The notes beneath the pieces are model-generated. The model was not told the origin of the DNA and did not search any database. It saw nothing but the letters and a program-made list of their open reading frames with translations. The position numbers and the translations under genes are program-made. 64,000 bases of DNA, taken from positions 1 through 64,000 of IMG/VR virus record IMGVR_UViG_3300048609_000068; one strand, given 5' to 3'. The DNA comes from a virus. Lineage: Duplodnaviria; Caudoviricetes. Below are positions 17,170 through 26,193 of this stretch, in pieces (the stretch's first letter is position 1; the number at the start of each line of letters is the position of its first letter).

Positions 17170-17996
17170 TGTTATCTCCAACAAAGGTCGATACCTTTAA
17201 TGGGTGTCAACGTCTATTTTACTACCGGTATGTCTCTCCTCCTTTTGTCCCTCCTGAAGCAAAACCGCTGTATCTTGGAAATGTAGTTCATTCGATTCTT
17301 CAGACGTTCCATGAGCGGGTTCTCAAAGGGCGATTGGATCTTCTTTACCATCGTGTGCAAGTGAACGTGATGAGCACTGCTTTCCGAGAAGCTTACGAAA
17401 AATACAAGATGGAAGAGCGATTGCATAAGGGATTTATTACAAGGCAGGATCTCCTTGAAATAAAAATGATGCTAAAGAACTATCTCCGTTGTTACTTGCC
17501 TTCGTTGCCTTCTTTTCCGTGTGTGCATCAGCTTGAAAAGCTTGCGACCTTTAAAATTGGACCTGTTCCCGTGCGATTGAAAGCAGACCGAATCGACAAA
17601 ATAGGGAATCATTCGTACCGTGTGGTGGATTACAAAACGTCAAAGACTGTCCCGTCGGATAAGGCGCATATGGACTCTGTTCAGATTCAGTCCTATGGGA
17701 TTATGATACGATCGTTGATTGACCCAGAAGCCAGCGTGATGGGAACCTATATCTATCTCAAGCATCTGGGTGGAAAGACAGGTTTGAAAAGCTACAGGAT
17801 AAGCGATGAAATGATGGCTGACACGGTGAAAAAATATGAGAAAATTTATGATATAATAAACAATGGCTGCAAGTATTTCCCTAACCGGAAGTACAAGTAT
17901 TGTGGACCATTCTGTGATTTCCGGTTGGTTTGTATTCGGGACGCTGAGAAGCTTATTAATAAGGAGGAATCCCATGGGTTTTTACAAAACAGGTGA
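17169..17996 (+). CDS. PD-(D/E)XK nuclease, RecB/AddB/Cas4-like
   Basis: LSPTKVDTFNGCQRLFYY, GNVVHSIL, KADRID...VVDYKT, QIQSY, and C-terminal CGPFCDFRLVC. TAATG-coupled start. Confidence 0.85.
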   Translation: MLSPTKVDTFNGCQRLFYYRYVSPPFVPPEAKPLYLGNVVHSILQTFHERVLKGRLDLLYHRVQVNVMSTAFREAYEKYKMEERLHKGFITRQDLLEIKMMLKNYLRCYLPSLPSFPCVHQLEKLATFKIGPVPVRLKADRIDKIGNHSYRVVDYKTSKTVPSDKAHMDSVQIQSYGIMIRSLIDPEASVMGTYIYLKHLGGKTGLKSYRISDEMMADTVKKYEKIYDIINNGCKYFPNRKYKYCGPFCDFRLVCIRDAEKLINKEESHGFLQNR

Positions 17997-18120
17997 AGCT
18001 CCCATTGTGGAGATCTATTGTTCCTGTGGCAAGAAAATTCAGGGAAATGAAAAAAAGTGCGAAGAATGCAAGTCCAAGAAAACTAACAAAGAAAAACCCG
18101 AGCGTTCTACACAAGTTTAA
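17974..18120 (+). CDS. Small zinc-finger protein
   Basis: AAGGAGG RBS. YCSCG...CEEC. Confidence 0.55.
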   Translation: MGFYKTGEAPIVEIYCSCGKKIQGNEKKCEECKSKKTNKEKPERSTQV

Positions 18121-18135
18121 GTACATTATGCAAAC

Positions 18136-18187
18136 TGGGATAACATTTTTCCTGTGGAGATTCACTAACACAGGAGAAATTATCCCA
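18136..18187 (+). promoter_or_regulatory. RNA hairpin sequestering the RBS and start codon of the prohead protease
   Basis: ATTTTTCCTGTG (18145-18156) pairs with CACAGGAGAAAT (18169-18180; one G-U). TGGGATAA pairs with TTATCCCA, reaching the A of ATG 18187. Confidence 0.65.
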
Positions 18188-19074
18188 TGCCTTTCTTCAA
18201 AACTGCAAGCTCTCCCATCCTGGGTGTTTATCAAAGTTCTGGCCGATTCGTAAAATGTGCTGCTCAACTGGCAAAGTTTGCACAAGAAGAAGATGCCCGT
18301 GTGCGACAGGCCATCAATCTTTTTGCCAAAGGACATCTGGGTGCAATCTCCAAGATCTACAGTCTCTCGGAAAATCCGGATGACTATATCTTTCTTGTCG
18401 CCCGTGCGCTGACTGCCGATGTTCCAAACAACAATGGGGATAACTTCCAACATGAGGAGCTGACCCGTTTTTCTCCAGACCATCGTTGTCTTGTTTATGA
18501 AACCTTCCGAAATGATCCGCTCTTTATTGAGCACGCCGCCGACGACCCGAAGACTGCACGGGGCTACCTCCCGGATGCCCATTACGTGACAGGAAACACA
18601 AAGGACAGACATGTTCTCACTGTTGTTGCCGTGGACACGACAAAGGACGAACCCTATTCCAAGTCTTTATTGAACGGGGAAGCCGATGCATTCTCGATGG
18701 GATGCATCTGTGAAGCGGTGGAGTGTTCCTATCCTCCGTGCAAGAAGATTGCTTACTCGGATAAGGAACTCTGTGATCATCAAAGACATTACAAGATGAC
18801 TAGAATTGCGGGTCATCTTATCTATCAGAACTGCCTGGGTGTGGAATACAAGGAGCTCTCCGGTGTTGGAAGCCCAGCGGATCCAACGGCTGTAGCGCAA
18901 CTCTTCCTTCGCTATGCTGCAATGAAATCAAAGAAGGCTGCTACGGAGAGCGAATTCAATCTGATCTCCAGGATTCTTTCGGAGACCGATGCCTTTGAAG
19001 TCAGTCGTTTCTTTCATGCCAATGCCAATAAACTCCCCGATGCGATGCTGAGACTTGCCGATAAACTGTTCTAA
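18187..19074 (+). CDS. Prohead (capsid maturation) protease with Cys/His-rich insertion
   Basis: PNNNGDNF, FIEH, FSMG and ELSGVGSPADPTA match the HK97/herpes-type protease layout. Sits before the scaffold and MCP. Confidence 0.7.
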   Translation: MPFFKTASSPILGVYQSSGRFVKCAAQLAKFAQEEDARVRQAINLFAKGHLGAISKIYSLSENPDDYIFLVARALTADVPNNNGDNFQHEELTRFSPDHRCLVYETFRNDPLFIEHAADDPKTARGYLPDAHYVTGNTKDRHVLTVVAVDTTKDEPYSKSLLNGEADAFSMGCICEAVECSYPPCKKIAYSDKELCDHQRHYKMTRIAGHLIYQNCLGVEYKELSGVGSPADPTAVAQLFLRYAAMKSKKAATESEFNLISRILSETDAFEVSRFFHANANKLPDAMLRLADKLF

Positions 19075-19130
19075 CGTTTGTTAACTTACGTATATCTTCA
19101 ACTTTAGAATCTAAAAAAGGAGTTGTACAC

Positions 19131-20612
19131 ATGGATGGACTTCGATCAGATATTGTCGCCAAAACGTCGAAATTTATAAAGCGTGCTCAGCAGGTGCCTC
19201 CTCCGGCACCTGGCGCTCCTGCTCCTACACCCCCGCCAGGAGGTGCTCCTCCTGGCGGGGCAGTCCCCCCTCCGATGCCAAAACCTCCGATGCCGACTCC
19301 GGGTTTGGCTCCTGGAGCGCCCCTTCCGAAAAGCCGTGAGGAAATGGAAGGGGACGTCCAGAAGAAAATTGAACGGGAGAAGCGCGATGAAGCCAAGCTG
19401 GATACGCTCGGGGATGACGTGAGCGAAGTCAAGGACCAGCTGAAGACGATGACGGAAGCGCTCATTCAAATGAAACGGGTCATCGAGAAGAATCTGACGG
19501 GGGAGAGCGATCTCGAAGAGAAGTTCAAGGTGATGAAGGAAAAGGAATCAGAGGGCGGGATGACAAAAATGAGCCCTGAAGACTTTGGTTTAGATAAAAA
19601 AAATCTCATTGTGAGTACGGAGGATCGCATGATTAACGAGGCTGACAAGTTGAGACTTGCTCGGAAAGAGCGCATCTCGAATCTGGAAGAGAGCATGAAT
19701 CTTCCCAAGGAGAAGGACTACAAGCAGAATGTCGTTCCTCCTTCGGTGGATAAGAAACCAAAGGAAGATACCATTCCTGACATGTTCAAGCTCCTGGCGC
19801 TTGAGCTGAGCGACGATGGAAATCAGTGGTCTCTCTTCAACAAGAAGACCAACGAGGTCTATTACACCATCGATGCGAGCACAAGCGAGGACAAGGAAAC
19901 ATTCAAGACGAAGAAGTTCGCAGAGGGTATTGTCCACGACATCAAAGATCTGGGTCTGGACAAGGCAATGGATAAGTACAAGGGCAAACCCATGGGGAAG
20001 CCCGATGAGAAACACGAAGAGAAGCATGAAGAGAAACCAGGGGACCATGGGGATAAGAAAGTCCTCTTGAAGATGCCGAAGAAAGAAGATGTCAAGGACA
20101 AGATCGAAGATAAGATCGAGGACAAGAAAGATCTTTTCGATCACAAAGGCGCGTTGAGTGATGTCAAGCGGCGTTTCATTCGTGCGTTCAGGCTGGCGCT
20201 CACGGCGCAAAAAAAGAATCTGATTGACAATCCGCTCAAGGCTGCATGGTTCGATTCTTTGAAGAGTCTCGACATTGGGGACCCAACCCATCTCATCGAA
20301 GCCGTGTTCAGCAAGGCATCCGACGATCAGTTCGAGGTGGCGCTTCAGAAGACCGAGGAGCTCCTTGGGATGACGGATGAAGCCTTTGTGGAAGCAGAAT
20401 CGATGATTGGGCAGCTCGATACTTCCTTCCCGAAGGAAGCTCCTGTGACAGCATCCACAAAGACGCAAGCCGAAGAGCTTCGCCGCCGTGCGACAGCGGG
20501 ATCGCTCCCGGTGAACACGCAGACCACGGAGAACGAGAACAAGTTCTCGTACCTCTCGGACATCCTCCCGCGTCCGAGGATGCCGAACCTCCCGGCGCTC
20601 TTCAAATCCTGA
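19131..20612 (+). CDS. Capsid scaffold-like protein
   Basis: Highly charged coiled coil with a Pro-rich N-terminus, between the protease and the capsid genes. Confidence 0.6.
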   Translation: MDGLRSDIVAKTSKFIKRAQQVPPPAPGAPAPTPPPGGAPPGGAVPPPMPKPPMPTPGLAPGAPLPKSREEMEGDVQKKIEREKRDEAKLDTLGDDVSEVKDQLKTMTEALIQMKRVIEKNLTGESDLEEKFKVMKEKESEGGMTKMSPEDFGLDKKNLIVSTEDRMINEADKLRLARKERISNLEESMNLPKEKDYKQNVVPPSVDKKPKEDTIPDMFKLLALELSDDGNQWSLFNKKTNEVYYTIDASTSEDKETFKTKKFAEGIVHDIKDLGLDKAMDKYKGKPMGKPDEKHEEKHEEKPGDHGDKKVLLKMPKKEDVKDKIEDKIEDKKDLFDHKGALSDVKRRFIRAFRLALTAQKKNLIDNPLKAAWFDSLKSLDIGDPTHLIEAVFSKASDDQFEVALQKTEELLGMTDEAFVEAESMIGQLDTSFPKEAPVTASTKTQAEELRRRATAGSLPVNTQTTENENKFSYLSDILPRPRMPNLPALFKS

Positions 20613-20670
20613 AAAACGAAAAGGTTTGTTTTGAACATAAACTAAACTTTTCTTTGTAAGGAGATGCCCA

Positions 20671-21387
20671 ATGTTAGACAAAAAAAGAGGCTATGCGTAT
20701 CACCGTCCGTTCTACACCGTTGACCCCAACGCGACGATCTATGCTGGAATGGTGGCGTTCCTTGTTCATTCCGGTGGCGTGGACATTGCAACCGTGGCAG
20801 CGAGCGGCACGGTGCCTATCGGAACGTTCTGGAAGGACAAGTCCAACGGTTACGTGAAGAGCACGATCGAGACCAGGACCTTTGACGCGACAACGAATCT
20901 TTTGACGTTGACCAAAGGTAACGTCCTCTCGACGGCGAATGTCAAGGTGACGGACAGCACAGGCGCTACGACCTATACCCAGGGCCTTGACTACACGGTC
21001 AACACTGCAAACGGTATCCTGACAAACCTCCTGATTGGGATCGCCGCTGGCGCCACGGTCATCGTGTGGTACAAGTACTCGCTCCTTGCTTCCCAGCTCT
21101 ATCAGGACAATGCCTCAACGAAGTGGTCGTCAGGTGCGAACTACAACAACGGAACCGATGACACCCAGGGATCGAGCAAGATCACGATCGCTGAAGGTGA
21201 CGCAAAGATCTATACCGATCAGTACGACGTGACGCAGGTGTACAACCTGAATGACGCGCTCCGTTCGGATGCGAATAGCCTCTGGACGACCGCTGCTTCC
21301 GCTTACTCGACATGCGGGCGTGTTCTTCGCGTCCCGACGGCGAGTGACCCGTTCTTGGGTGTCCAGCAAGTGACCGTGACTGCTTAG
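20671..21387 (+). CDS. Head decoration / cement protein
   Basis: Thr/Gly-rich beta protein immediately before the MCP, with strong codon bias. Confidence 0.6.
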   Translation: MLDKKRGYAYHRPFYTVDPNATIYAGMVAFLVHSGGVDIATVAASGTVPIGTFWKDKSNGYVKSTIETRTFDATTNLLTLTKGNVLSTANVKVTDSTGATTYTQGLDYTVNTANGILTNLLIGIAAGATVIVWYKYSLLASQLYQDNASTKWSSGANYNNGTDDTQGSSKITIAEGDAKIYTDQYDVTQVYNLNDALRSDANSLWTTAASAYSTCGRVLRVPTASDPFLGVQQVTVTA

Positions 21388-21423
21388 TCCTCGAATAAAT
21401 AAACCCTATCAAGGAGGAATCTG

Positions 21424-22554
21424 ATGAATTTGAACCCCTATCTCAAAAGTGCCAACAAGAAGTATGTTGACCGGAAAACGGGGGAGCCCTTTAACCCGTT
21501 CGCTACCGGGCGGAAGTTGAAGAGTGGCGGGATCGAGACGTCTGCAAGCCAGCGCATGTTCAATAGCGATGGCGTCCTGAACGCGGATAGCAAAGAGGAC
21601 GCGCTCGGGAAGATCCAGACGATCCTCGATGGGATGGCTACCGGGTCCTACGACATCGAGCGTGTGGCCTCCTACGAGAACTCGTACAGCCCGGATGAGA
21701 AGGAAGCCCTCCTCCGCGAAGCGTTTGCCGACCCGGGTTCGGAGGGCTTCCGCCAGGTCGGACAGAACCTCCTGAACCCCGTCAAGGAAGTCCTCGACTA
21801 CGAGGGGCTCTCACGGAAGTTCTTGATGCAGCGCACCATCAAACAGGGCGAGACCTTCCGCGTTGACAAGGATGTCTACGTGGTGGGCTGGACCATCGCC
21901 GAGGATGGACAGACACCGCAGAGCGTGGTGCCGGGCGCCTACTTCTTCCCTCCCGAGTTCGAGGTTACTGCTTACCCGAGTATAGAGCTGAAGGACAAGT
22001 ACCGGGCGCAGTATGACATCTTGGGCCGCGCTCAGGACCGCGCCCGGATGGCTATCGAGTACCAAGAGGACCTCGCGTTTGTGAACCTTGCCCAGGTCTC
22101 CTCGGGGCAGGTGAACACGGCGACCGCGTTTGCGACCTTGAACCTGGCAGCGCTGGAGTCGATGCGCTACCAGATCGAGCGGCACCGTCTCCTCTGTCAG
22201 CTCTTCCTGATCCACAGGCAGGAAGTGTCGGACCTCGTGAACACCGTCTCGACGCAGGTGGATCCCGTGACCCAGCGTGAAGCTATCATGGCTGGGTTCA
22301 TCGCGAGCATCCTCAATGCGTACATCGTGACCACGGCGGGCACGAACACGTTCGAGATCCTGCAGCCGGGTGAAGCGTATGCGCTGACGGACCCCGAGCA
22401 TCTCGGCGTGATGGGGACCCGTGTGGAGCTCTTCAGCGAGCCGGTCAATGAGTACATGTTAGGGAACCCTCGGCAGGGCTGGTTCTGGTATGAGTTGATC
22501 AGCCAGAGCATTCACAACCCGGCTGGCGTTGCCTACGGCCAGAAAACCTCCTAA
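21424..22554 (+). CDS. Major capsid protein (HK97-type fold)
   Basis: NPVKEVLDYEGLSRKFL, PPEFEVTAYPSI, DILGRAQD...YQED, GWFWYE...NPAGVA. GC3-rich codons and a strong RBS. Confidence 0.85.
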   Translation: MNLNPYLKSANKKYVDRKTGEPFNPFATGRKLKSGGIETSASQRMFNSDGVLNADSKEDALGKIQTILDGMATGSYDIERVASYENSYSPDEKEALLREAFADPGSEGFRQVGQNLLNPVKEVLDYEGLSRKFLMQRTIKQGETFRVDKDVYVVGWTIAEDGQTPQSVVPGAYFFPPEFEVTAYPSIELKDKYRAQYDILGRAQDRARMAIEYQEDLAFVNLAQVSSGQVNTATAFATLNLAALESMRYQIERHRLLCQLFLIHRQEVSDLVNTVSTQVDPVTQREAIMAGFIASILNAYIVTTAGTNTFEILQPGEAYALTDPEHLGVMGTRVELFSEPVNEYMLGNPRQGWFWYELISQSIHNPAGVAYGQKTS

Positions 22555-22581
22555 CAATTTCTAGCAAAAAAGGAGGTCGTT

Positions 22582-23004
22582 ATGAGCGTGGATAAAAAGG
22601 CAGTTCAAAAAGAGCTGGATCTTGCCGCTGACGAAATGGAGCGGCTTGGATACATGGATCTGGCAGGCCATGTGGATAAGTACAATAACCGCATGGTGGA
22701 AGCGAAATCGGGAGAGGTTGCTACCATCTACAGAGCGCTTCAAAATATTTGTGTTGAAGCGGAACGTCGTGTCAAGAACACAAATTTTGAGAAGCCTCTG
22801 ATCGATTCCGATGCTGTTCGTGCCAGAATCGCCATGATCCGAAGGAAGGCGTTTGCGAAGAAACTTGCTGAGAAAAAGACAGCACAGGAAACTCCTCCGC
22901 CGGAGAAGCAGGAAACGGAAGAAAAAAAGGAAGAGCTTCCTCCTGATGCCGCTGCAATCAAAGCAAGACTCGATCGGATCCGCCGTCTGAAGACTTCCAA
23001 GTAG
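22582..23004 (+). CDS. Small charged protein, possible internal head protein
   Basis: ELDLAADEMERLGY.DLAGHVD helix motif. Directly after the MCP. Confidence 0.6.
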   Translation: MSVDKKAVQKELDLAADEMERLGYMDLAGHVDKYNNRMVEAKSGEVATIYRALQNICVEAERRVKNTNFEKPLIDSDAVRARIAMIRRKAFAKKLAEKKTAQETPPPEKQETEEKKEELPPDAAAIKARLDRIRRLKTSK

Positions 23005-23043
23005 CTCTCCTAAACTTCGCATAAAAACAATAATTAATTCCAA

Positions 23044-23072
23044 TTGCTATTCGATTGCTATAATCCTATACT
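23044..23072 (+). promoter_or_regulatory. Sigma70-type promoter(s)
   Basis: TTGCTA-17-TATACT (23044-23072), overlapping an extended -10 TGcTATAAT (23056-23064). Confidence 0.55.
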
Positions 23073-23107
23073 GGCAGTTGAACGACAACGAAAACGAGGA
23101 GAAAGAA

Positions 23108-23776
23108 ATGAAAACAGTCATCAAAAAAAAGAAACATCATGAATTTGACACCTCCGATCTTTTGTCTTCCCGCTTGACCCTCAAACGTTTATTCGATAAA
23201 AATGAGGAGATCTGGGTCAAGAACATGTCGCATAAACTTATGCATGGAGGCAAGTCTGCCAATGTGACCTTGCAGGTTGGGACACCACCCCTGATCGAGC
23301 CGGTTGTGATTCCTCCGGGAGAGGACCCTGTGTGTTTGACGGATCAGGCGGATATGCCGTCTCTCAAGACGTGCCGCGATCTGATCAAGCACGTCAGGAG
23401 TGGATGCTTGGAGCTCCTGGATCCCAAGAATGCACATGTTTACTATCAGCAAAATAAGGACAGAAAGAAGGTCGTTCAGCGTAAGATCGAAGATTTTCTT
23501 CTGAGGCGTGCTCCTCTTGACACAAAACCGGGTGTGCCAAGAAAAGTGGAAGGTGGGCCAATCCAGGTGAATGCCAGAATCGGGGACATCTGTCAGAAGT
23601 CCCGGCATGGTATCATCGGAGAACGGGACGCGATCCAGACGTTAATGGAGACAGAGGCGACAATCACCGTGGACGATTGCAACTACCTTCTCAAGAACGG
23701 TGTGTTCAAAGAAGTAAAGCGTTGGGCGTCGAGACGACTCGACCAACTCTTGGATCAGGCGACACCGAGAGCATAA
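23108..23776 (+). CDS. Hypothetical protein
   Basis: GAGGAG RBS. The central domain resembles the N-terminus of 10934..11545. Confidence 0.7.
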   Translation: MKTVIKKKKHHEFDTSDLLSSRLTLKRLFDKNEEIWVKNMSHKLMHGGKSANVTLQVGTPPLIEPVVIPPGEDPVCLTDQADMPSLKTCRDLIKHVRSGCLELLDPKNAHVYYQQNKDRKKVVQRKIEDFLLRRAPLDTKPGVPRKVEGGPIQVNARIGDICQKSRHGIIGERDAIQTLMETEATITVDDCNYLLKNGVFKEVKRWASRRLDQLLDQATPRA

Positions 23777-23785
23777 AAGATCAAT

Positions 23786-23807
23786 GGGGGGTGGCTATCC
23801 ACCCCCC
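23786..23807 (+). terminator. GC-rich stem-loop (terminator-like or mRNA-stabilising)
   Basis: GGGGGGTGG-CTAT-CCACCCCCC, a 9-bp stem. There is only a short T tail, followed directly by the next RBS. Confidence 0.45.
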
Positions 23808-23820
23808 TTAAGGAGCAATC

Positions 23821-24261
23821 ATGGCGGGTCCAACTTTAGGGATTCAGGCAGTATGCACATTGACGGTCGGAGCGAGTGGTGGCTCGGACTCCCAGAGTGT
23901 TCTTCCCGTCCGTTCGAACGCTCCTTTCAAGAACCTTTCTCTTTCGATTGTTCCTTGTGGGGACCCCTCTCCTTATCAAGTCTCTGTCTATCATGACGGA
24001 GAGATCGTGGAGCAGCATAGTTTTCCGGACGCGAACGGACGTGTCGTGTGCCACATGTCTTTTCCCAATGTGATTTTCCCTGCGAATACAGGAACGGACA
24101 CCATCCCAGCTTACTACAACACGAGCAGACATTATTTTCCTGGGATTCCTGTCCGGGTGACGATCGATAACTATGATTCCAGACCGAAGTCTTTTTATGT
24201 ATATGCTTGCTTCGAGGCGTTTGAACCTTGCGCATTCCAAAAGCTTTCTCCAGAGGTGTGA
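23821..24261 (+). CDS. Hypothetical beta-sandwich protein
   Basis: AAGGAG RBS; beta-rich composition. Confidence 0.7.
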   Translation: MAGPTLGIQAVCTLTVGASGGSDSQSVLPVRSNAPFKNLSLSIVPCGDPSPYQVSVYHDGEIVEQHSFPDANGRVVCHMSFPNVIFPANTGTDTIPAYYNTSRHYFPGIPVRVTIDNYDSRPKSFYVYACFEAFEPCAFQKLSPEV

Positions 24262-24263
24262 CC

Positions 24264-24998
24264 ATGCCTGTATTCCTGACCGCGCAAAAATATAAAAGCT
24301 TGGTGAACGAGCTTTACGGAAACTATATTTTCCCGGAGGAGCACAGGAAGGGTTGGATGGCTTTCTGGGAAGCGAACAATGGGGACATCGAGAAGATCCT
24401 CAAGTTTGCAAAGTCTGCGGATATTGTGCATCCAGAAGAATGGGCGGATAGTCTCTATGTCTTTCTTTTTGGAACCTTCTGGGGAAATCCCAAGCTTCTG
24501 ATTCAGGCATCCTCTAAAGGGTTTGATTCCTTTCTTGTGCAGGTTGCGAAGAACCATGAGAACACACCAAAGACCAAAGCTTGGTATCATCAGCATGGCG
24601 TGACCCAGGCTCAGTTCATTACCGCAATCCAGGCTGCTTCGGAAATTGCTGATCTCAATCAGTCGATTTCTTATGTGAACGCAAGGATCCCGAGCCTTGG
24701 ATTTTATCTTTATTCAGAGTTTCTTCTTGCAAAAACAAAACAAAAGGACGAGATCAAGAGCGTTGCTTCCAATATGAACGAGGAAGCGTTCCAGATGGAA
24801 TGCGACGCGATTGAAGAATATCCAGAAGCGCTCTTTACGAAAGGGGCAAAAGTAACGCACGCTTTCTATCCGGACACGTTTACAGTGGAGAAGTTTGACC
24901 CGACATCCCAGGTCGTGGAAGCGAAAAGAGAAGACGGATCCACGGTCTATTTTACCGATGGCTGGAATCTGTCTCGGTCATGCATGTTCCTGTTTTAG
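24264..24998 (+). CDS. Hypothetical protein
   Basis: GAGGTG RBS before ATG 24264. Confidence 0.7.
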   Translation: MPVFLTAQKYKSLVNELYGNYIFPEEHRKGWMAFWEANNGDIEKILKFAKSADIVHPEEWADSLYVFLFGTFWGNPKLLIQASSKGFDSFLVQVAKNHENTPKTKAWYHQHGVTQAQFITAIQAASEIADLNQSISYVNARIPSLGFYLYSEFLLAKTKQKDEIKSVASNMNEEAFQMECDAIEEYPEALFTKGAKVTHAFYPDTFTVEKFDPTSQVVEAKREDGSTVYFTDGWNLSRSCMFLF

Positions 24999-25231
24999 TA
25001 CAGCAGCAGTTCGATTGTAATGACCTAAGCTTTACGGCTTATCTCATGACAATGGGCGCAACCCTCCTTCAGGCAAAAAAGCTTGGAGGACTTTATGTTT
25101 TTTCCCTTGAATTGAATGGACTCAATGTTACCACACTCAAGGTGCAGTTTGCAAATTCGGAAATAGCGAAATTTGATCAGGCGGTCAAGAATTTGAAGAA
25201 GATTATTTATTCGGGTAGAACGCGACACTAG
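24980..25231 (+). CDS. DUF5659-like small phage protein
   Basis: NDLSFTAYLMTMG..L...YVF....FDQAVKNLKKII pattern. Confidence 0.55.
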   Translation: MHVPVLVQQQFDCNDLSFTAYLMTMGATLLQAKKLGGLYVFSLELNGLNVTTLKVQFANSEIAKFDQAVKNLKKIIYSGRTRH

Positions 25232-25241
25232 AGGTTCTCCG

Positions 25242-25610
25242 ATGTACGATCCAAAAACAGTGGACATTGCCTCCGATGAGTTCTTGAAAGCGGATTATAT
25301 TGTCCTTGCGAATATTACCCATCCGAAGTTTACAACGACCCTTGAAGTCTATATGTGGAATCAGGCAAAAAATCACGCAACGGAAGGGATAGTGGACGAG
25401 ATCTTTGGCTGTGTTTATCTGATGTTGTTTGACAGGGACATCAAATTATTGGACAGGCAGGAGGACCTTCTCAACATTATCAAGGCTGCAGTCGTTACGG
25501 AATCACCCGATAAGGACGTTCACATCGAGACATTCGATAATCAGCAGGATGCGAAAGATCTTTATGAGAAGTTAGACGATAAGTATTTGAAGTATCTTCA
25601 GGAGGAATAA
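25242..25610 (+). CDS. Hypothetical protein
   Basis: GAGG RBS; fits operon spacing. Confidence 0.65.
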   Translation: MYDPKTVDIASDEFLKADYIVLANITHPKFTTTLEVYMWNQAKNHATEGIVDEIFGCVYLMLFDRDIKLLDRQEDLLNIIKAAVVTESPDKDVHIETFDNQQDAKDLYEKLDDKYLKYLQEE

Positions 25611-25913
25611 ATGGCTTGTATGCGGGTGGATGCAGAAGAGGTATTGCTAAGGGCAGGACGGCCTTTGCGCTACTGGTATATGAATATCGCACAGGTTATT
25701 GAAAAGATGCAAGATAGAGATCTTGGGATGTCCCCAGAAAGTAGCCATTTACAGATTATACAGCATTATGCAGAACAGCTAGATAAAGCTATTGATGCTT
25801 TTAATGAATTGATTTCTCCTTATAATCTCGATGGTACAATTGCTCCTGCTGCAGATGAGGAGGAGTGTAAATTAGCCTTTGATATGGTTGTCTATCAAAT
25901 AAAGCGTTGGTGA
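25611..25913 (+). CDS. Hypothetical protein
   Basis: GGAGG RBS; abuts the previous stop. Confidence 0.6.
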   Translation: MACMRVDAEEVLLRAGRPLRYWYMNIAQVIEKMQDRDLGMSPESSHLQIIQHYAEQLDKAIDAFNELISPYNLDGTIAPAADEEECKLAFDMVVYQIKRW

Positions 25914-25916
25914 AAC

Positions 25917-26135
25917 ATGGTCTTTCGTAGCGCTTCTTTGATTCCGGGACGTGGATGGGTAGCTAATGTTGCCCTTGATGAAACGGAAAACTATAATATT
26001 GGAGACGAAATTAGTATCGGTAAAATCCGCTGGAAAATACTGGGTGTGGAAGTGAATTGCCCGTTTGGTAAAGTAGACAGACAACATGTCGGTTTGGTTC
26101 TGAATCCGATAGAACTAGAGATACCCTCCAAGTAA
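25917..26135 (+). CDS. Hypothetical protein
   Basis: Small ORF filling the operon gap. Confidence 0.5.
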   Translation: MVFRSASLIPGRGWVANVALDETENYNIGDEISIGKIRWKILGVEVNCPFGKVDRQHVGLVLNPIELEIPSK

Positions 26136-26193
26136 CCTTTTCTCAACATTACTAAAAAATTTGGATGTAAAATAAGAGGGTGGAGGTGCTACC

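Noticed and set aside
19590-20681. Long antisense ORFs over head genes (also 12207..13100, 9391..10287 and 21811..22401)
   Set aside because: Shadow frames of GC3-biased + strand genes, with no recognisable motifs.
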